Of a stretch of DNA of 64,000 nt, positions 24,730 to 39,248 are shown piece after piece. A program made the position numbers and the translations under genes. Each line of letters starts with the position of its first letter. The stretch's first letter is position 1. This stretch comes from Macrostomum lignano (lineage: Eukaryota): contig NIVC01001881.1 of the NCBI GenBank assembly GCA_002269645.1, positions 1-64,000 of the forward strand, given 5' to 3'. The notes beneath the pieces are model-generated. The model saw only the letters and a list, made by a program, of their open reading frames with translations. It did no database searches and was not told the DNA's origin.

Positions 24730-25293
24730 ACCGAAGAAGTTAGAGCAGCGTCCACAGGCATTTGCTGCCCGAAATTTGAATCAGCGGCGGTTGCGGCAGC
24801 CGCCTCCGCAAAGCTACTTATGACTTATTGCCACTCAGTCTGCGTGGCGATGGTATGCATGTCGGGACGTACAGCACTCTGTTGCTCGTCTGCTGACGCA
24901 GCCGCCGTTGCTGCCTTTCTACCGCACACACCGCGGTGCTTGCGGATCTGCCGGACAAATGCGTTGCATCCGGCGGTGCACAGAACAAGCCGCTCATCCT
25001 CATTATACACATTTGGCTCCATGGACAGCTCAAACAACTTCCAAAGGAGCGAGCGGCGAGCCTCTGTGTTGGCGGCGACCCAGCCGGCATCTGTTGGGTA
25101 CATATGCGCTGGAAAAGCCTGCCGGGGATGCCAGTCCCGTAATAGGTTGTCAGCGTGGTGTCGCATAAAATGGCGCTTGCGCGATGCTTTATTCAGTACC
25201 ACCAAGCACACCAGGCAGAGTCCCGAATTACCGCCGGTACATATTGGCTGAAAGCATATTTTGATGCGAGCTCGTACTATGCTGGGACAGACC
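24730..25293 (-). pseudogene. Exon-like segment with a C2H2-like motif and an in-frame stop
   Basis: Reads LCLVCLVVLNKASRKRHFMRHH (C-x2-C-x11-H-x3/4-H). After the TAA at 24825-24827 the same frame continues as VISSFAEAAAATAADSN.. to a GTGAGT donor near 24730. Confidence 0.25.
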
Positions 25294-26924
25294 TTTCAGA
25301 GGGGAACGAAAACGAAAGCGAGACGAAAAATACTTTGTCTATGGCAGTCACGAGCCAATAGGAAAGAACGGGGGGGGGGGGGGGGAAAGGGATGTTAAAA
25401 GTGAAGATCGAGCGAGATAAAAAGAACTGGCTCAGATTAGCACTCCATTCTATTCTTTCCTCCATGGTTAAGCTCCGCTGCCAGCCGGCATATCAGCCAG
25501 AGTACGCCCCAAAGCTTGGGGTTTCAGCCATAGACATTACTATAAGGAGGGGTGTCTGCCAAACAGACTCCAACACTCCAACTCATGAACGATCGATTTA
25601 GCCGCACAGGACAGACTGCGAATTCGGGGTTTGTACCATAAACTAAAAAAGCAAAGACTGGCTGCCACATGCACTGGCGCTTGGTCTCCCCCACTCTGTC
25701 TGTGGGTCAGACTACCAAACGGGCAGTTTGGCCCATAGACAACTACTGTACCAACCGATTTGGTAAAAAGTAGAGCGGGGCGAGCGCGAGCCGAGGAGCA
25801 GCAAGAATTCATTTCCTAGCTCCCAGCTATACTGACTCTATGCATCTCTTCTTGGAAGCAGCAATTGGTCTTTCCAGCTATACTATATACTTGGGTGAGT
25901 GAGCGCACGATTGGATATCATATACACAGTTGCTATATATTATGTATTTGTGTATTGACGAAGCCCATAAAGTTTTAATTTTCTTCTTTCCCTTCCGATT
26001 CGCAAATGCTAGCGAGTTACAATACGAAAGAGCATAGACCATACAACTACAAATGACATAATTCTGACATATGCATTGATACAAAACGGAACTTTCTGTG
26101 AGGACGGGCAGACTTTACGGGCAGATTTGAAATTTCATGTAAATCGTGTGTCGACTAAGTACACAACATGCGTACAGTGTAGACCGCGTGACAGTACAGT
26201 GCACACTTCAGGTACAGCTGTACTCTGAGCCCAAGCAGATCAACTGTATAATTTTTAGCCCTGCACGCACAGAAGTAGTGCAAAGTTATTTTTAGACCAC
26301 ATTCATCCAGCCAGTCTTGGTGCGCATTTCTTGGAAATGTATAAGTGGCCTGTGCGGAGCACTTCAGCAGTTTTTGCTTTTGTCCTTTGCGAAGTAAGAT
26401 TAGATAGAAAAAATATGGTATATATACGCCATTTGCTGGAGCAAGATCAATGGCTGCCATTATTTTCTAGCGCTTTACGTATACTCTGATAACCTTCTGA
26501 GCTAAATCGAAACGATAGCAAAAATGTCTGCAAAAGCAGACTCTAAAATGGAGGACTACATTGCTGGTGAGACTATTAATTCAATCTCTTTTATAGGAAT
26601 TCCCTCAGGACAGGAAAAGATAGGCCACTTTGGTTGGTTTTGATTTGCATACAGAAGCAAAACTTATGATTGAATAAGCAACTGTCAGGTGATAAGCGCC
26701 AAAATGAACGCCAGAAGACAAAACTGGATGGACAATCGGCAATAGACAAACAGCATGCAGTATCATGCATGATCGCATGATAAAGGTTTTTCAATTAGTA
26801 GTCTTGGGTTCGCTCGACTCAGGACCATCAGATGCAGCCTTCGACTTTCTAATCGCAGAAATTTAAATAACAAAACAAAACCATAATACCTAAATTTAAA
26901 GAATTATTTAACTCCTCATTACAG

Positions 26925-27181
26925 AATGTCAGGCACTGAATCAGTGGGAGGCTGAAATCCTGACAACCCAGCGTCACGTGACCCATAAAGAGCGGCTGAC
27001 ATTTCCAACTGAGACGGGCAGCTCACAGAGCTATCGCATATTGCCGACAGAGGAAGGCAGCCTCAGTCTAGACGAGGCTGTGTTCACCCAGATGAAGCGG
27101 AGACACAATAATCAACTGAAAATGCGAGGCGCAATCACTCTGGATGCCTTCAGGGCCAAACTGCTGCAAGAGTTCACTATG
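26925..27181 (+). CDS. Isolated coding exon; candidate N-terminal (OTU-like first half) exon of the RNB-helicase gene at 39249-52134
   Basis: CAG acceptor at 26922-26924, open frame, ends ATG|GTAGGT in phase 0, which matches the phase-0 acceptor at 39249. A possible first exon 26524-26566 (MSAKADSKMEDYIA, G|GTGAG, phase 1) fits its phase-1 start. Confidence 0.45.
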
Positions 27182-29149
27182 GTAGGTCATTGAATCATTA
27201 TTTTGTTTCCACGTTTCTACAAGTATTACAGTTTTTTAGGGCGTTGGCTTCAGTTTAGCATTCTTGAGGCTATACGTACATTCGTTTGCACAAACCAACG
27301 TTGAATGTGCAACTAATAGCTGGCAGAGGAGCGGAGCACATCTTAAAAGTGCTTTGAGCAGTGTTGTGTTGTTTTTTAAGCCATATCTTATATATTGCAC
27401 GGCGCATTCGTACACCCGCGAGTGACTCATCAACATGTCACACTGACACTACTACTACTACCAGGAGGGATTGTGTGTGAAAGTAAAAATATATGGAGAG
27501 AAAGGCGACCTGTGGATTTGGGGGGTGCCCCTCGTCCTTCATGCCCTTACACCTATCTAAAATAACAACACATTTCAAAACATCGCCGGTCTATAAAGAG
27601 AAGCTTAACGTTTTACATGACGTTAAACATATATCATATGTATCATATCATATCATATCATAAGGGCTTTTCAATGAACATCCTTATAATCTCTTGAGCC
27701 ACTGACTTTGGAGACAGCAAGCCTGGACCATAAATGAATAGTATAACTGGATCGCCAAAAGCTCGATTTAGGCACTAGGCACTCAACTAGGCACCCAATC
27801 TCGAAAGACCGATCTAGATAAAAAAGTTCAGAAATTAGGGCTGTCAGGTTTGACTTGGCCATATTTACATCCATTGAGATACTTATGACAACCTTAAATG
27901 AACCCTTAGCACTTGACTTTAATAAGTGTTGACTGAGCCTTCACTACCTGCCGACTATAGATATTGATTTAGTCCATTAGAGTGCTGACCGTATCAGTTC
28001 CGTCTGGCTAAGCTCTAAGTCATTAACCTTTTGTTCATATGAACGGTAAGCCCCGAAAAGGTTATAAAATAAGCTGCAGGAGTCACTTCTCAATATAGGC
28101 GCGACGAATGCCCATCATTCCGACAGAGACATCCTTAAGTATTTCAATTATTCCGTAATTACAAACCTAAAGCTTTGTTTAATAATGGCTAATCTCGCCT
28201 CCTTTCCAAAAAATGGCTGTGACTAAGAATGATAAGACCATGAAAAAAACAAGATGCTATATCACTTAGCCATAGACCGGAAAGACTTAAGAGCTTGTTA
28301 GTTTGCAGAGCGATGTCGCAACCCGGTGGGAAAAAAATGGTCGCCGCGACGGCTTCTGTTTGTTGCGTTTACGACGGCGGAAACTCCGTTCGAGTGAACG
28401 CCGAGTTTCCGTCGCCACAACGGTCGCTGCGACGGCGGTCGGAAGACCCATTAGCGACTCTTATATGCGTACGATACTACTTGTATCGTGTAGTAGTGTA
28501 GATGGACCATGATATATCCCACGAATTTTTTATTTTTTCGGAATAAAAAAGAAACGAAATATAGATGCAGTCCTTTTCAACAAATAAACATTATGTTGCT
28601 ATGGGAAATGCTTTTTAGCATTATATTTATAGAATTACCTGATTATTCAGTTCCTGCTAGAGAAGAAAAAATTCACCCATAGACATACTTCAAAAAAGTA
28701 CAATAATATCAAACTGTTGTTTATTAAGCATACACGAAGCGTACAAGAAAGCAATCGTTCACAATATTAAGTACAATAAAGTACAATAAGGTATAAATGG
28801 CCTATAGGGTCCATTGTACCCCACAGACAAATAAGCAGTCATCAATAGAAATATGGCGTGCATTAGCTAACTAATTTTCTGATTATGAACATTGAGCAAC
28901 TACTCCAGATCAGAGCAGTACTCGAGTTCGAGCTCTTGCTCAACTCAGAGTTTGAGGTGAAACTTGCCAGTTATTGCTCACTTTATTCATACGGCCAAAT
29001 GACTAATTCAATGGGCTTTCTATGCACATAAAGTAATAACACTGTTATGTACAGAAGCTGCAATAATAGTCGATTTATGGGGTCAAAAAACTCATTATTT
29101 TTTAAACGTTTGGGGTTTAGAGTAAAAGATCAGCTGTATCATTTAACAT

Positions 29150-30045
29150 ATAAGGACACCTAATTTAGCGCCCCAAGGACATCTAGTTTGATCCCCTAAG
29201 GACACCTAATTTATCGCCCCAAGTACATCTAGTTTATCGCCCCAAGGACACCTAATTTAGCGCCTCAAGGACATCTAGTTTGATCCCCTAAGGACACCTA
29301 ATTTATCGCCCCAAGTACATCTAGTTTAGCGTCCCAAGGACACCTAATTTATCGCCCCAAGGACACCTAATTTAGTGCCCCAAGGACATCTAGTTTAACG
29401 CCCCAAAGACACCTAATTTAGCGCCTCAAGGACATCTAGTTTAGCGTCCCAAGGACACCTAATTTATCGCCCCAAGGACACCTAATTTAGCGCCCCAAGG
29501 ACATCTAGTTTAGCGTCCCAAGGACACCTAATTTATCGCCCCAAGGACACCTAGTTTAGCGTCCCAAGGACACCTAATTTATCGCCCCAAGGACACCTAG
29601 TTTAGCGTCCCAAGGACACCTAATTTATCGCCCCAAGAACACCTAGTTTAGCGTCCCAAGAACATCTAGTTTGACCCCCTAAGGACACCTAATTTATCGC
29701 CCCAAGGACACCTAATTTAGCGCCCCAAGGACATCTAGTTTAGCGTCCCAAGGACACCTAATTTATCACCCCAAGGACACCTAATTTATCGCCCCAAAAC
29801 ATCTAGTTTGACCCCTAAGGACACCTAATTTATCGCCCCAAGGACACCTAATTTAGCGCCTCAAGGACATCTAGTTTAGCGTCCCAAGGACACCTAATTT
29901 ATCGCCCCAAGGACACCTAGTTTAGCGTCCCAAGGACACCTAATTTATCGCCCCAAGGACACCTAGTTTAGCGTCCCAAGGACACCTAATTTATCGCCCC
30001 AAGAACACCTAGTTTAGCGTCCCAAGTACATCTAGTTTGACCCCC
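29150..30045. repeat. 23-bp minisatellite with a dimeric (46-bp) higher-order pattern, ~39 units
   Basis: Alternating CCCAAGGACACCTAATTTATCGC and CCCAAGGACACCTAGTTTAGCGT. Confidence 0.95.
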
Positions 30046-30665
30046 ACAGAGAATCGCTCGCTGTGAGAAGCGCCAATTGACAACTGCTTTCAGAAATTTT
30101 TCTTTGAGACTCACTGTATGAGAATCTCTTTCATGCGAGAATTGTCCCTTGCGAAGAACCTTGCAAAAATCGATTCGCAGAGACCCTAACCTGACGTTTT
30201 GATAACTCAAATCTCCAATCCATAGGCGCGTATGGTAATTATAAAGCTTCCTCTCTGGCTCAATGGCCTCCATAAAATTTAGAAAATGCTGTGGAAAAAT
30301 TTCGGCATGCAGTTGGCTTTTGCGAATTTTCTTCTTGATGAATAGCTATTTGCATATGCCATTTTCTAACGCCCTATAAACACATTTTACAATCGGCTTT
30401 CGCGTGGCTATATCTGAGAATAAACATATTTTCAAGACAGCTAATTATGGAGGTGGGAACAGTAAAATGGGGCATCTTTGTGAGAAGGGCAACTGAACCA
30501 CAAAAGGGAAATTCTTAGCTTACTATATGCACCTAAAAATGAGGCATAGAAATGAGATTTTGAGATTGGGGGATTTTTGCGTCACCGATTGTCGGGGGAT
30601 TTTCCGGAGAATTCCCAGGGGGGCTTTGTTTTGACGGGAGGGTGATAGTTGTGCACATATGATGG

Positions 30666-33600
30666 TTAAGGCGATGGAGACTCGTCAGATAAGTCCTGCG
30701 AATCAGGATAGTGCCGCTTTCCGCTGCCCTGCTCGGGTGCACTTGGGCGCTTCTTCGCCTTCTTGCGCAGGTTGTCCCCCGCATGCTTAAGAGCCGAGAT
30801 GACGTGTTTTTCTACATCTCGCTCAGATGGCCTCTCATGAGGCTTGTCGTCTTTGTACATCGTGGAAACGGCTCCTGGAATTGGATTGGTGGTTTTATTC
30901 TGTCAAATTTATTCTACTCTATGCTCCATAGTCCCTACTTTAAGTAGACATTATTCACTTGAATTTGTCTAAATGTTTCATTCTGAACCAGTTTCATTGA
31001 AGAAACTATACTATAAAATTAGGCAAAATGATTCTGATTCTAGATTTACAATTACACACTTTCGGATTTCTGTAAACTTACGCTTCAGAAGAGGAAGCAG
31101 TGTTGTCTGGAAGCCAAGGCTGTCATCTGTTCCCGCGCCGCCGGACCTCTCGGCCAAGCCTCGACCGCAATAGTTTAGCTGGGCCATCATTTCAGGGGTG
31201 ATACACTTTAGCAGCATCCGTCGGATGGTGCTCGCAACACTGTCACCCCGGCAGCGTGCCAGTTGCGTGCGCAGAACTTTCTGTGCCTCCTTATCTGATG
31301 CCAGCTTTAGATAGCCCGCCCACGAAGCAGCTGGTTGCCATTCAGCTTCGGGCAGCTCGATGATAGTGCCGCCAACAGTCGAGTTGCCCTGCCTGTTGAG
31401 GGCCGCCAGAATCTCCCGCTGCTGCTGTTGTATTGTTGCGTCTCGCTGCTCTTGGAGCTGCTGGCCGCGCAACACCAGCAACATCAGCTGCGAGATACCC
31501 TTCAGACTCGCCAAGTCACCGAACTTGGCTGTTAAGTCCATCATCAGCCTGCGAGCGGCTTGGTTCTCCAGTTGTAGGCCCACGCTTTCCCTGTTGCGGC
31601 TCTGGGTGCTTGAGCTAGCAGCTGTGATAGCAGCAGCAGCAGCAGCAGCAGTGAAACTCTGGTCATGTTGAGGCCCTGGTGTCGATGTAGCCGTAGCGGT
31701 ATCTGTTGGCTGAATAGAATAGGGGTGGGGGACAAATCATTACACTCATTACTCCGGATCTGCGAATACATTTATGTCATTTTCTTGTATAAAGCATATA
31801 CACCTTATACTTTCATAGTCTCGAATTCGTACTTAAAATTTAATGCGAACATAGCATAGCATTTATCAATCACAATTACTAATCTTGCACACTCATTTAT
31901 TTATTACTTTGAAGTTGCTGCTGTCGAGACTATAGTGACTAAAATGATGTGCAAAGATGACCAGGGGACCGGATTAACCTTTCCCAAGAATTAAACATGT
32001 CAAGGCGCTCACTATAGTATAAATATACCGTACCCACGGCCAAGCGCCTGAGCGTTATAAATATTTTGTTGTACTTTTTATTTGCGACTCAGTTGTCATG
32101 ATTTACCATAGAAAATTTCCTTTTACAGTTCTTTCTCGCAGTTAAGTTTCTCGCTTCATATCTTCTCATCGTTTAACTCATAATATATATACTTGAATTC
32201 AGCCCAAGTTGACCTATAATTTCACTACAGCGTAAATCTAAAAATTGGTCTGCCATGACATTTTCATCGTCAGGTAGTGAGACACAAGGTGTGCTATGCT
32301 TACCCGCACCGAACGATGCAAATCCGACGGAGAAGCGGCTGCTGCTGAAGGTGAAGCTCGGTTCTGCATGGGTAGTAGTTGAGCCGCCTCCATACTCGGC
32401 TTAGGTACCACAGAAGCTCCATGTGGATGGCTCGCGGATGCTGCTGGCTGCCCGGAACCGACATCAGCCTCTGAATCCATCGTGCCATGATCCGATTGGA
32501 GTGCCTGCACAGATAGATCGCATAGTATGGGAATGGATTATATAGTTTATCCAGGTGTATGATTATTTCAAAGCCCGAAATTATCTCACGTTATGCTTAG
32601 ACTATAACGACGCAACAGTGAAGGGAAAGGCCCGAATTATACTCATTTTTCTAAGCTAGCAGAATTATATTTTACCTGATGGCTTGTGGATAACTCCGTT
32701 AAAGCAGCCCTTGGCCTTAGCTTAGAGTTTATTCTTAGAAACGTACAAACAAAAATAGGAGTAAAATCATTCTCCTTCCCTGTCCGCAACCGTTGTTTTT
32801 ACCCATAATCCGCTCATTCCTTTCCACTCTGCCCTCCGACCACTCCCACACTTCCATTTGTATTTCTAAGAACGAATTCTTTCTACTGCACTGCAAAAAG
32901 ACAGTCAAAAAGCTTTTTCGACGGCGTGATTTTTGGCTCCTGTTCTGATCGATAGACACCTGGTTTCTTAATAATTTAGTTTGGTAAATTATCTTTTACA
33001 TACCTGCACGGGCTTCAGCAGCAGCCGCTTCTTCACTCCGGGACAAATAACGCGTGGCGAAACCTGAAGGAACATTCGCTTCGGGCGAAAGTCTTTTTCA
33101 AGCCGGCACCTGCGGCAGTACTGTATGACTCTTGTAAGATCATACCCGTCATCAAGCGATACCTGAGAAGTAAGGATTGGGTGTAAATCTAAATTGTATG
33201 GTATAAGTCGTCCCCGACTCCATTTTATTTGTATGCATTATATAGATGAAGGTAGCAGGCTGCAGGTCTTGATAAAGTGCGGACGGTTTTTATATTCTAC
33301 GGAATACCTGCGGAATGGTGTAAAATATTTATGATGCGGACATTGTTTTGGCTCCAATGGCTTCCTCATCAAACGATGCAATATTTCCCCGCATTCAGCT
33401 ACATGCTATACCATCGTGGCCCTTGTTATATGCACTTTTCAATTTCCGAAAAATGTGCACTGCTCTATTTCCAGTAGTGTAGTCGGGCATAGGAATCATA
33501 ACAATCAAAGTGGAAAAACTGGTAGAAATTTCTGCTTCTTGACACGGTACGGTGGACTCAATTTAAACATTGTTATTGCCTAAAGAGTCTGTTGTGGCAG

Positions 33601-33953
33601 TAACAGGCTTTGAAAGCCCAGGAAAAGCAATTATATTAAGGAATTTATTCTATTCCGCATTCCGGTTCCGCAGTTTATAAAGAGCCGCAGGCTGCAGCTG
33701 ACCAAACAATAGAAATAAGATAAAAAAGTCAATATCATTTGCTTACCAATATAACTGTTGCTTCGTAGAAGGCGTCTCCGTAGATGGCGCTGCAACGGAT
33801 CCGCTCCGTCTCATGATCATCACTTTGAGCAAAGCCTATCCAGTCATTGTGACTGTCAAACGTAGCGAATCGCCCTTGAAGCCTTATTTGTTCAAAAGGT
33901 ACTTCAACTACTTCCAGGTCGCAACTAAAAATTACTACGAAGCGCATTGCCAT
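30666..33953 (-). CDS. DUF4806-like transposon accessory protein, 5 exons, 467 aa
   Basis: Exons (minus strand) 33953-33747, 33162-33004, 32504-32304, 31709-31082 and 30874-30666; all GT-AG, phases 0/0/0/1, uninterrupted frame. N-terminus MRFVVIFSCDLEVVEVP. C-terminal LARCRGDSVASTIRRMLLKCITPEMMAQLNYCGRG..DVEKHVISALKHAGD fits the DUF4806 pattern (by eye). Confidence 0.75.
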
Positions 33954-34194
33954 ATACGAGCGTACTAGAGCTGAGAGATAACTACAGAAACGATCAGATA
34001 GATATGTCAGATGCTCATAGGAATTGTTCTACGAAGTGAATAGTATCTGACTCAGAAAGTCGTAGTCTGTTCTTAAATGCCACTTAATTCTTTTGTGAAC
34101 CAATGAGAAAGCTACTGCTCTTTTTATCCTCTCTCTCGTTTGCATTCTTTTAGTCCTCATGTTCAGCGACAGCCAATGGGAGATCTTAGTGCAT

Positions 34195-34860
<666 letters not shown>

Positions 34861-35394
34861 CTTGCCTATGAGATACATTGTGATGGTGGGTAGGAGGGTA
34901 TGCTGTGCTATGTGGCGCCACTCTGTCTGTAACGATGAGACTTTATCGGTACACCCACATTCCGGCTGGCCATGAATATGGAACTGAGTGTTCGCAAAAA
35001 GGCCCTCAAACCCCCACTACCCCTATCTTTTACATTTCTAAGTTTGAAAATCGGAAATGAAGAGCGTGGGAAAATTACTTGAATTGGCTTAGAATGTTAA
35101 GATTTAGTATATTTAGATTGCTCTTTGTTTGCCGGGGCTTCAGCACACACCCTCCATCTTGCACCCTGCCTTTTCCGGATCCACCAAAATACGCAACAGA
35201 CTGAGTGTTGTGATCTGTACCCTGGCCCCTCCCCTTCCTTTGATGCAGGCTCCTGCTTGATTTCCCTGCTTGATTAGTTGCTAAAATGCTATTGCTAAAA
35301 TTTGTGATTCAAAGGTAACGATAAAAATAAAAAAAAAAAAAAAACATTTGTATTTGTATTTACTAATACAGCTTTACAGCTATTTGTATTCATT

Positions 35395-37418
35395 TCTCCG
35401 CCTTCGAGTATCTGGAAAGCTGATTAGGCTAGAGATCCGATTCTTTCTGCAAAAGACACCGACTGGGGTGCTCTAATTATCTGTAGAGTCTCATATCTGA
35501 ATCTACAGATACAGCTTGGCAGTTGCTGATTGATTTTTTTGGCTTTCCCTATTAAAATACATTAGAATTTCTAGGAATCTCCGCTTTTGAATATCTGGAA
35601 AGCTGATTAGGCTAGAGATCCGATTCCTTCTGCAAAAGACACCGACTGGGATGCTCTAATTATCTGTAGAGTCTCATATCTGAATCTACAGATACAGCTT
35701 GGCAGTTGCTGATTGATTTTTTTGGCTTTCCCTATTAAAATACATTAGAATTTCTAGGAATCTCCGCTTTTGAATATCTGGAAAGCTGATTAGGCTAGAG
35801 ATCCGATTCTTTCTGCAAAAGACACCGACTGGGGTGCTCTAATTATCTGTAGAGTCTCATATCTGAATCTACAGATACAGCTTGGCAGTTGCTGATTGAT
35901 TTTTTTGGCTTTCCCTATTAAAATACATTAGAATTTCTAGGAATCTCCGCTTTTGAATATCTGGAAAGCTGATTAGGCTAGAGATCCGATTCTTCTGCAA
36001 AAGACACCGACTGGGGTGCTCTAATTATCTGTAGAGTCTCATATCTGAATCTACAGATACAGCTTGGCAGTTGCTGATTGATTTTTTTGGCTTTCCCTAT
36101 TAAAATACATTAGAATTTCTAGGAATCTCCGCTTTTGAATATCTGGAAAGCTGATTAGGCTAGAGATCCGATTCTTTCTGCAAAAGACACCGACTGGGGT
36201 GCTCTAATTATCTGTAGAGTCTCATATCTGAATCTACAGATACAGCTTGGCAGTTGCTGATTGATTTTTTTGGCTTTCCCTATTAAAATACATTAGAATT
36301 TCTAGGAATCGCCGCTTTTGAATATCTGGAAAGCTGATTAGGCTAGAGATCCGATTCTTTCTGCAAAAGACACCGACTGGGGTGCTCTAATTATCTGTAG
36401 AGTCTCATATCTGAATCTACAGATACAGCTTGGCAGTTGCTGATTGATTTTTTTGGCTTTCCCTATTAAAATACATTAGAATTTCTAGGAATCTCCGCTT
36501 TTGAATATCTGGAAAGCTGATTAGGCTAGAGATCCGATTCTTTCTGCAAAAGACACCGACTGGGGTGCTCTAATTATCTGTAGAGTCTCATATCTGAATC
36601 TACAGATACAGCTTGGCAGTTGCTGATTGATTTTTTTGGCTTTCCCTATTAAAATACATTAGAATTTCTAGGAATCTCCGCTTTTGAATATCTGGAAAGC
36701 TGATTAGGCTAGAGATCCGATTCTTTCTGCAAAAGACACCGACTGGGATGCTCTAATTATCTGTAGAGTCTCATATCTGAATCTACAGATACAGCTTGGC
36801 AGTTGCTGATTGATTTTTTTGGCTTTCCCTATTAAAATACATTAGAATTTCTAGGAATCTCCGCTTTTGAATATCTGGAAAGCTGATTAGGCTAGAGATC
36901 CGATTCTTTCTGCAAAAGACACCGACTGGGATGCTCTAATTATCTGTAGAGTCTCATATCTGAATCTACAGATACAGCTTGGCAGTTGCTGATTGATTTT
37001 TTTGGCTTTCCCTATTAAAATACATTAGAATTTCTAGGAATCGCCGCTTTTGAATATCTGGAAAGCTGATTAGGCTAGAGATCCGATTCTTTCTGCAAAA
37101 GACACCGACTGGGGTGCTCTAATTATCTGTAGAGTCTCATATCTGAATCTACAGATACAGCTTGGCAGTTGCTGATTGATTTTTTTGGCTTTCCCTATTA
37201 AAATACATTAGAATTTCTAGGAATCTCCGCTTTTGAATATCTGGAAAGCTGATTAGGCTAGAGATCCGATTCTTTCTGCAAAAGACACCGACTGGGATGC
37301 TCTAATTATCTGTAGAGTCTCATATCTGAATCTACAGATACAGCTTGGCAGTTGCTGATTGATTTTTTTGGCTTTCCCTATTAAAATACATTAGAATTTC
37401 TAGGAATCTCCGCTTTTG
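35395..37418. repeat. 183-bp tandem satellite, ~11 near-identical copies
   Basis: TATCTGGAAAG recurs at 35409, 35592, ... (period 183). Only a few variant sites (GGGGTG/GGGATG, TCTCCG/TCGCCG). Internal inverted repeat ATCTGTAGA..TCTACAGAT. Confidence 0.97.
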
Positions 37419-38945
37419 ATCTATGACATCGAGAATTAGAGCGCGCCATTGAATTTCTCGTAAAATTGTGATTGAATGCTAATGCAAATAAAGTAATTTT
37501 AATTCAGCTCATATTTAATTTAAATAACTTAATTTCAAAGCAAACGTTCTTCCTATTTGTCGTGTAATTTGCGGCCGCTTTGAGGCTTTGTCATTGGAGG
37601 ATTCATCATGCGGCGGGGATGAGGTGGGGAACAGTTAAGGGGTGTGGGGAACGAATAAAATTAATGAGCTATGTTAGACTGTGTTAGATTTCCCGCGGGG
37701 ATCTAATCAGACCAATAAGTCGACATCACAGACCAATGAGTGTTCTGTAAATCTAAAAGATTGCTTGCTTCTTCCCGTGGCCCCAAGTGTTACTTGCATA
37801 CATTCGTATTGGTGCAGTGAAGTAAAGGTCTTACAAAGCTGTTTGCTCATAGAGTAGTGTCCTATGCCCTACTTATAGTAGGCACAAGACAACACGTTTA
37901 AACTTCGGAAGACTAATAATGCATTATAATGTACAACAAAATTCCAAGTCTGATTTTTACACGATGAAGAAGTCGATATTTCAACACCCTTGATTAAACC
38001 AGGACTCAAATTTCCCTATTTGCATCCCAGCTGCATAGCAACATATTTTCCCTTGGATACCATTGTTTCTATCACCTCAGCTGTTCCCATTAAGGATTAT
38101 GATGTCCCAGATTGCACATTAAAGCGAACTGACTACATTTTAAGCAAAGAAACGTATTCGTTATGCCATAATCGGCAAAATGCAATCAATAGATTTATCC
38201 ATGACAAAGATCAATATCCTTAGTCAAGCATTTGATTAACGAGTTCAAAATTTTAACAGCAGACAAGACGTTAAATTTCTATGCAACACTTTAAAATTTG
38301 CACTTTAAACAGCCAGTGCAGAAATAGTCGTATACAAGAAAAAATAATTTGTTACTATGCGGTTGGACTGCTAGGGTAACAAATTCACAAGGAGTCTGTT
38401 CGCCTGCAAGCCAAAATTAAATAAGGTTGGGGACTTTAGAGGTTTAATTTGGCCTAGACCGTTGTATTAAGAAGATACCTATTAGTAGGTAAAACATCAT
38501 GAAATGAAATGACATAAAATGACCATTTATCTAAAAAGTACCGATTCCAAAGCTCTATAAGTCTTTGAAGGCGACTCAAGTTACGCTTTTATAAGCCATA
38601 TAAAATTTATTTGCCTGAGAAAGGCTAATGCGCAGTTCATACTACTGAGTAGTATTCTGCATACATGTGGGTCGCCAATTAGGCTAACAGTCGAGTGCTT
38701 GGCGACCCGGAGGTTAGCCGACCCATTTTAGTACGCGGGCGCGACCAGGCGCATAACCTCTGATCAAGCGACCCTTTGGCGACCATGTCAAATTATTGAT
38801 ATTTCACTTCCTTAACCCCGAACTAACCTCAAACAGCCCGTTTTGAGTCATTTGGAGTACATTAGTAGCAGAAAAAAAATTCGACCCGAAATACGACGGA
38901 CAGCCGTCGCAACTCCGTCGCCGCGACCATTTTTTTCCCATCGGG

Positions 38946-39190
38946 AAATCACACGGATACGTACGCAGACACACGTACATAGTGTACAGCGGCCCTGACT
39001 ATATCGTGTTTTAGCATTTACTTTTTCTGTGCCTTAGACGTTGGCCCTCATGATTGTGAATTGCATGCACTACGACGAGTCCGAGGCCAAGTTTTATGCA
39101 TCTGACTAAACAAGAGACAGTGCACGGAATCGAACCAGGGGTTTACTTACCGCTGAGCTGCTCTGGCTTTAGACTCTGCCCTCGGTTGGA
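38946..39190 (-). mobile_element. SINE copy truncated at the right end of the EnSpm-like element
   Basis: Minus strand has the B-box GGTTCGATTCC (plus GGAATCGAACC at ~39126) and the body motif GTCAGGGCCGCTGTACAC. It stops at the TIR. Confidence 0.55.
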
Positions 39191-39248
39191 ATGATATTAA
39201 TTTCACCCCTAACTTTCTTCTTATCTTCTTCCTCCCTATTTCACACAG

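Noticed and set aside
26597-26785. Putative extra exon between 26566 and 26925
   Set aside because: Stops occur in all three frames, and the preceding intron would be only 30 bp.
35395-37418. 183-bp array as CRISPR or ncRNA gene cluster
   Set aside because: Whole units are near-identical, there are no spacers, and I recognised no tRNA, 5S, SL or snRNA motif.
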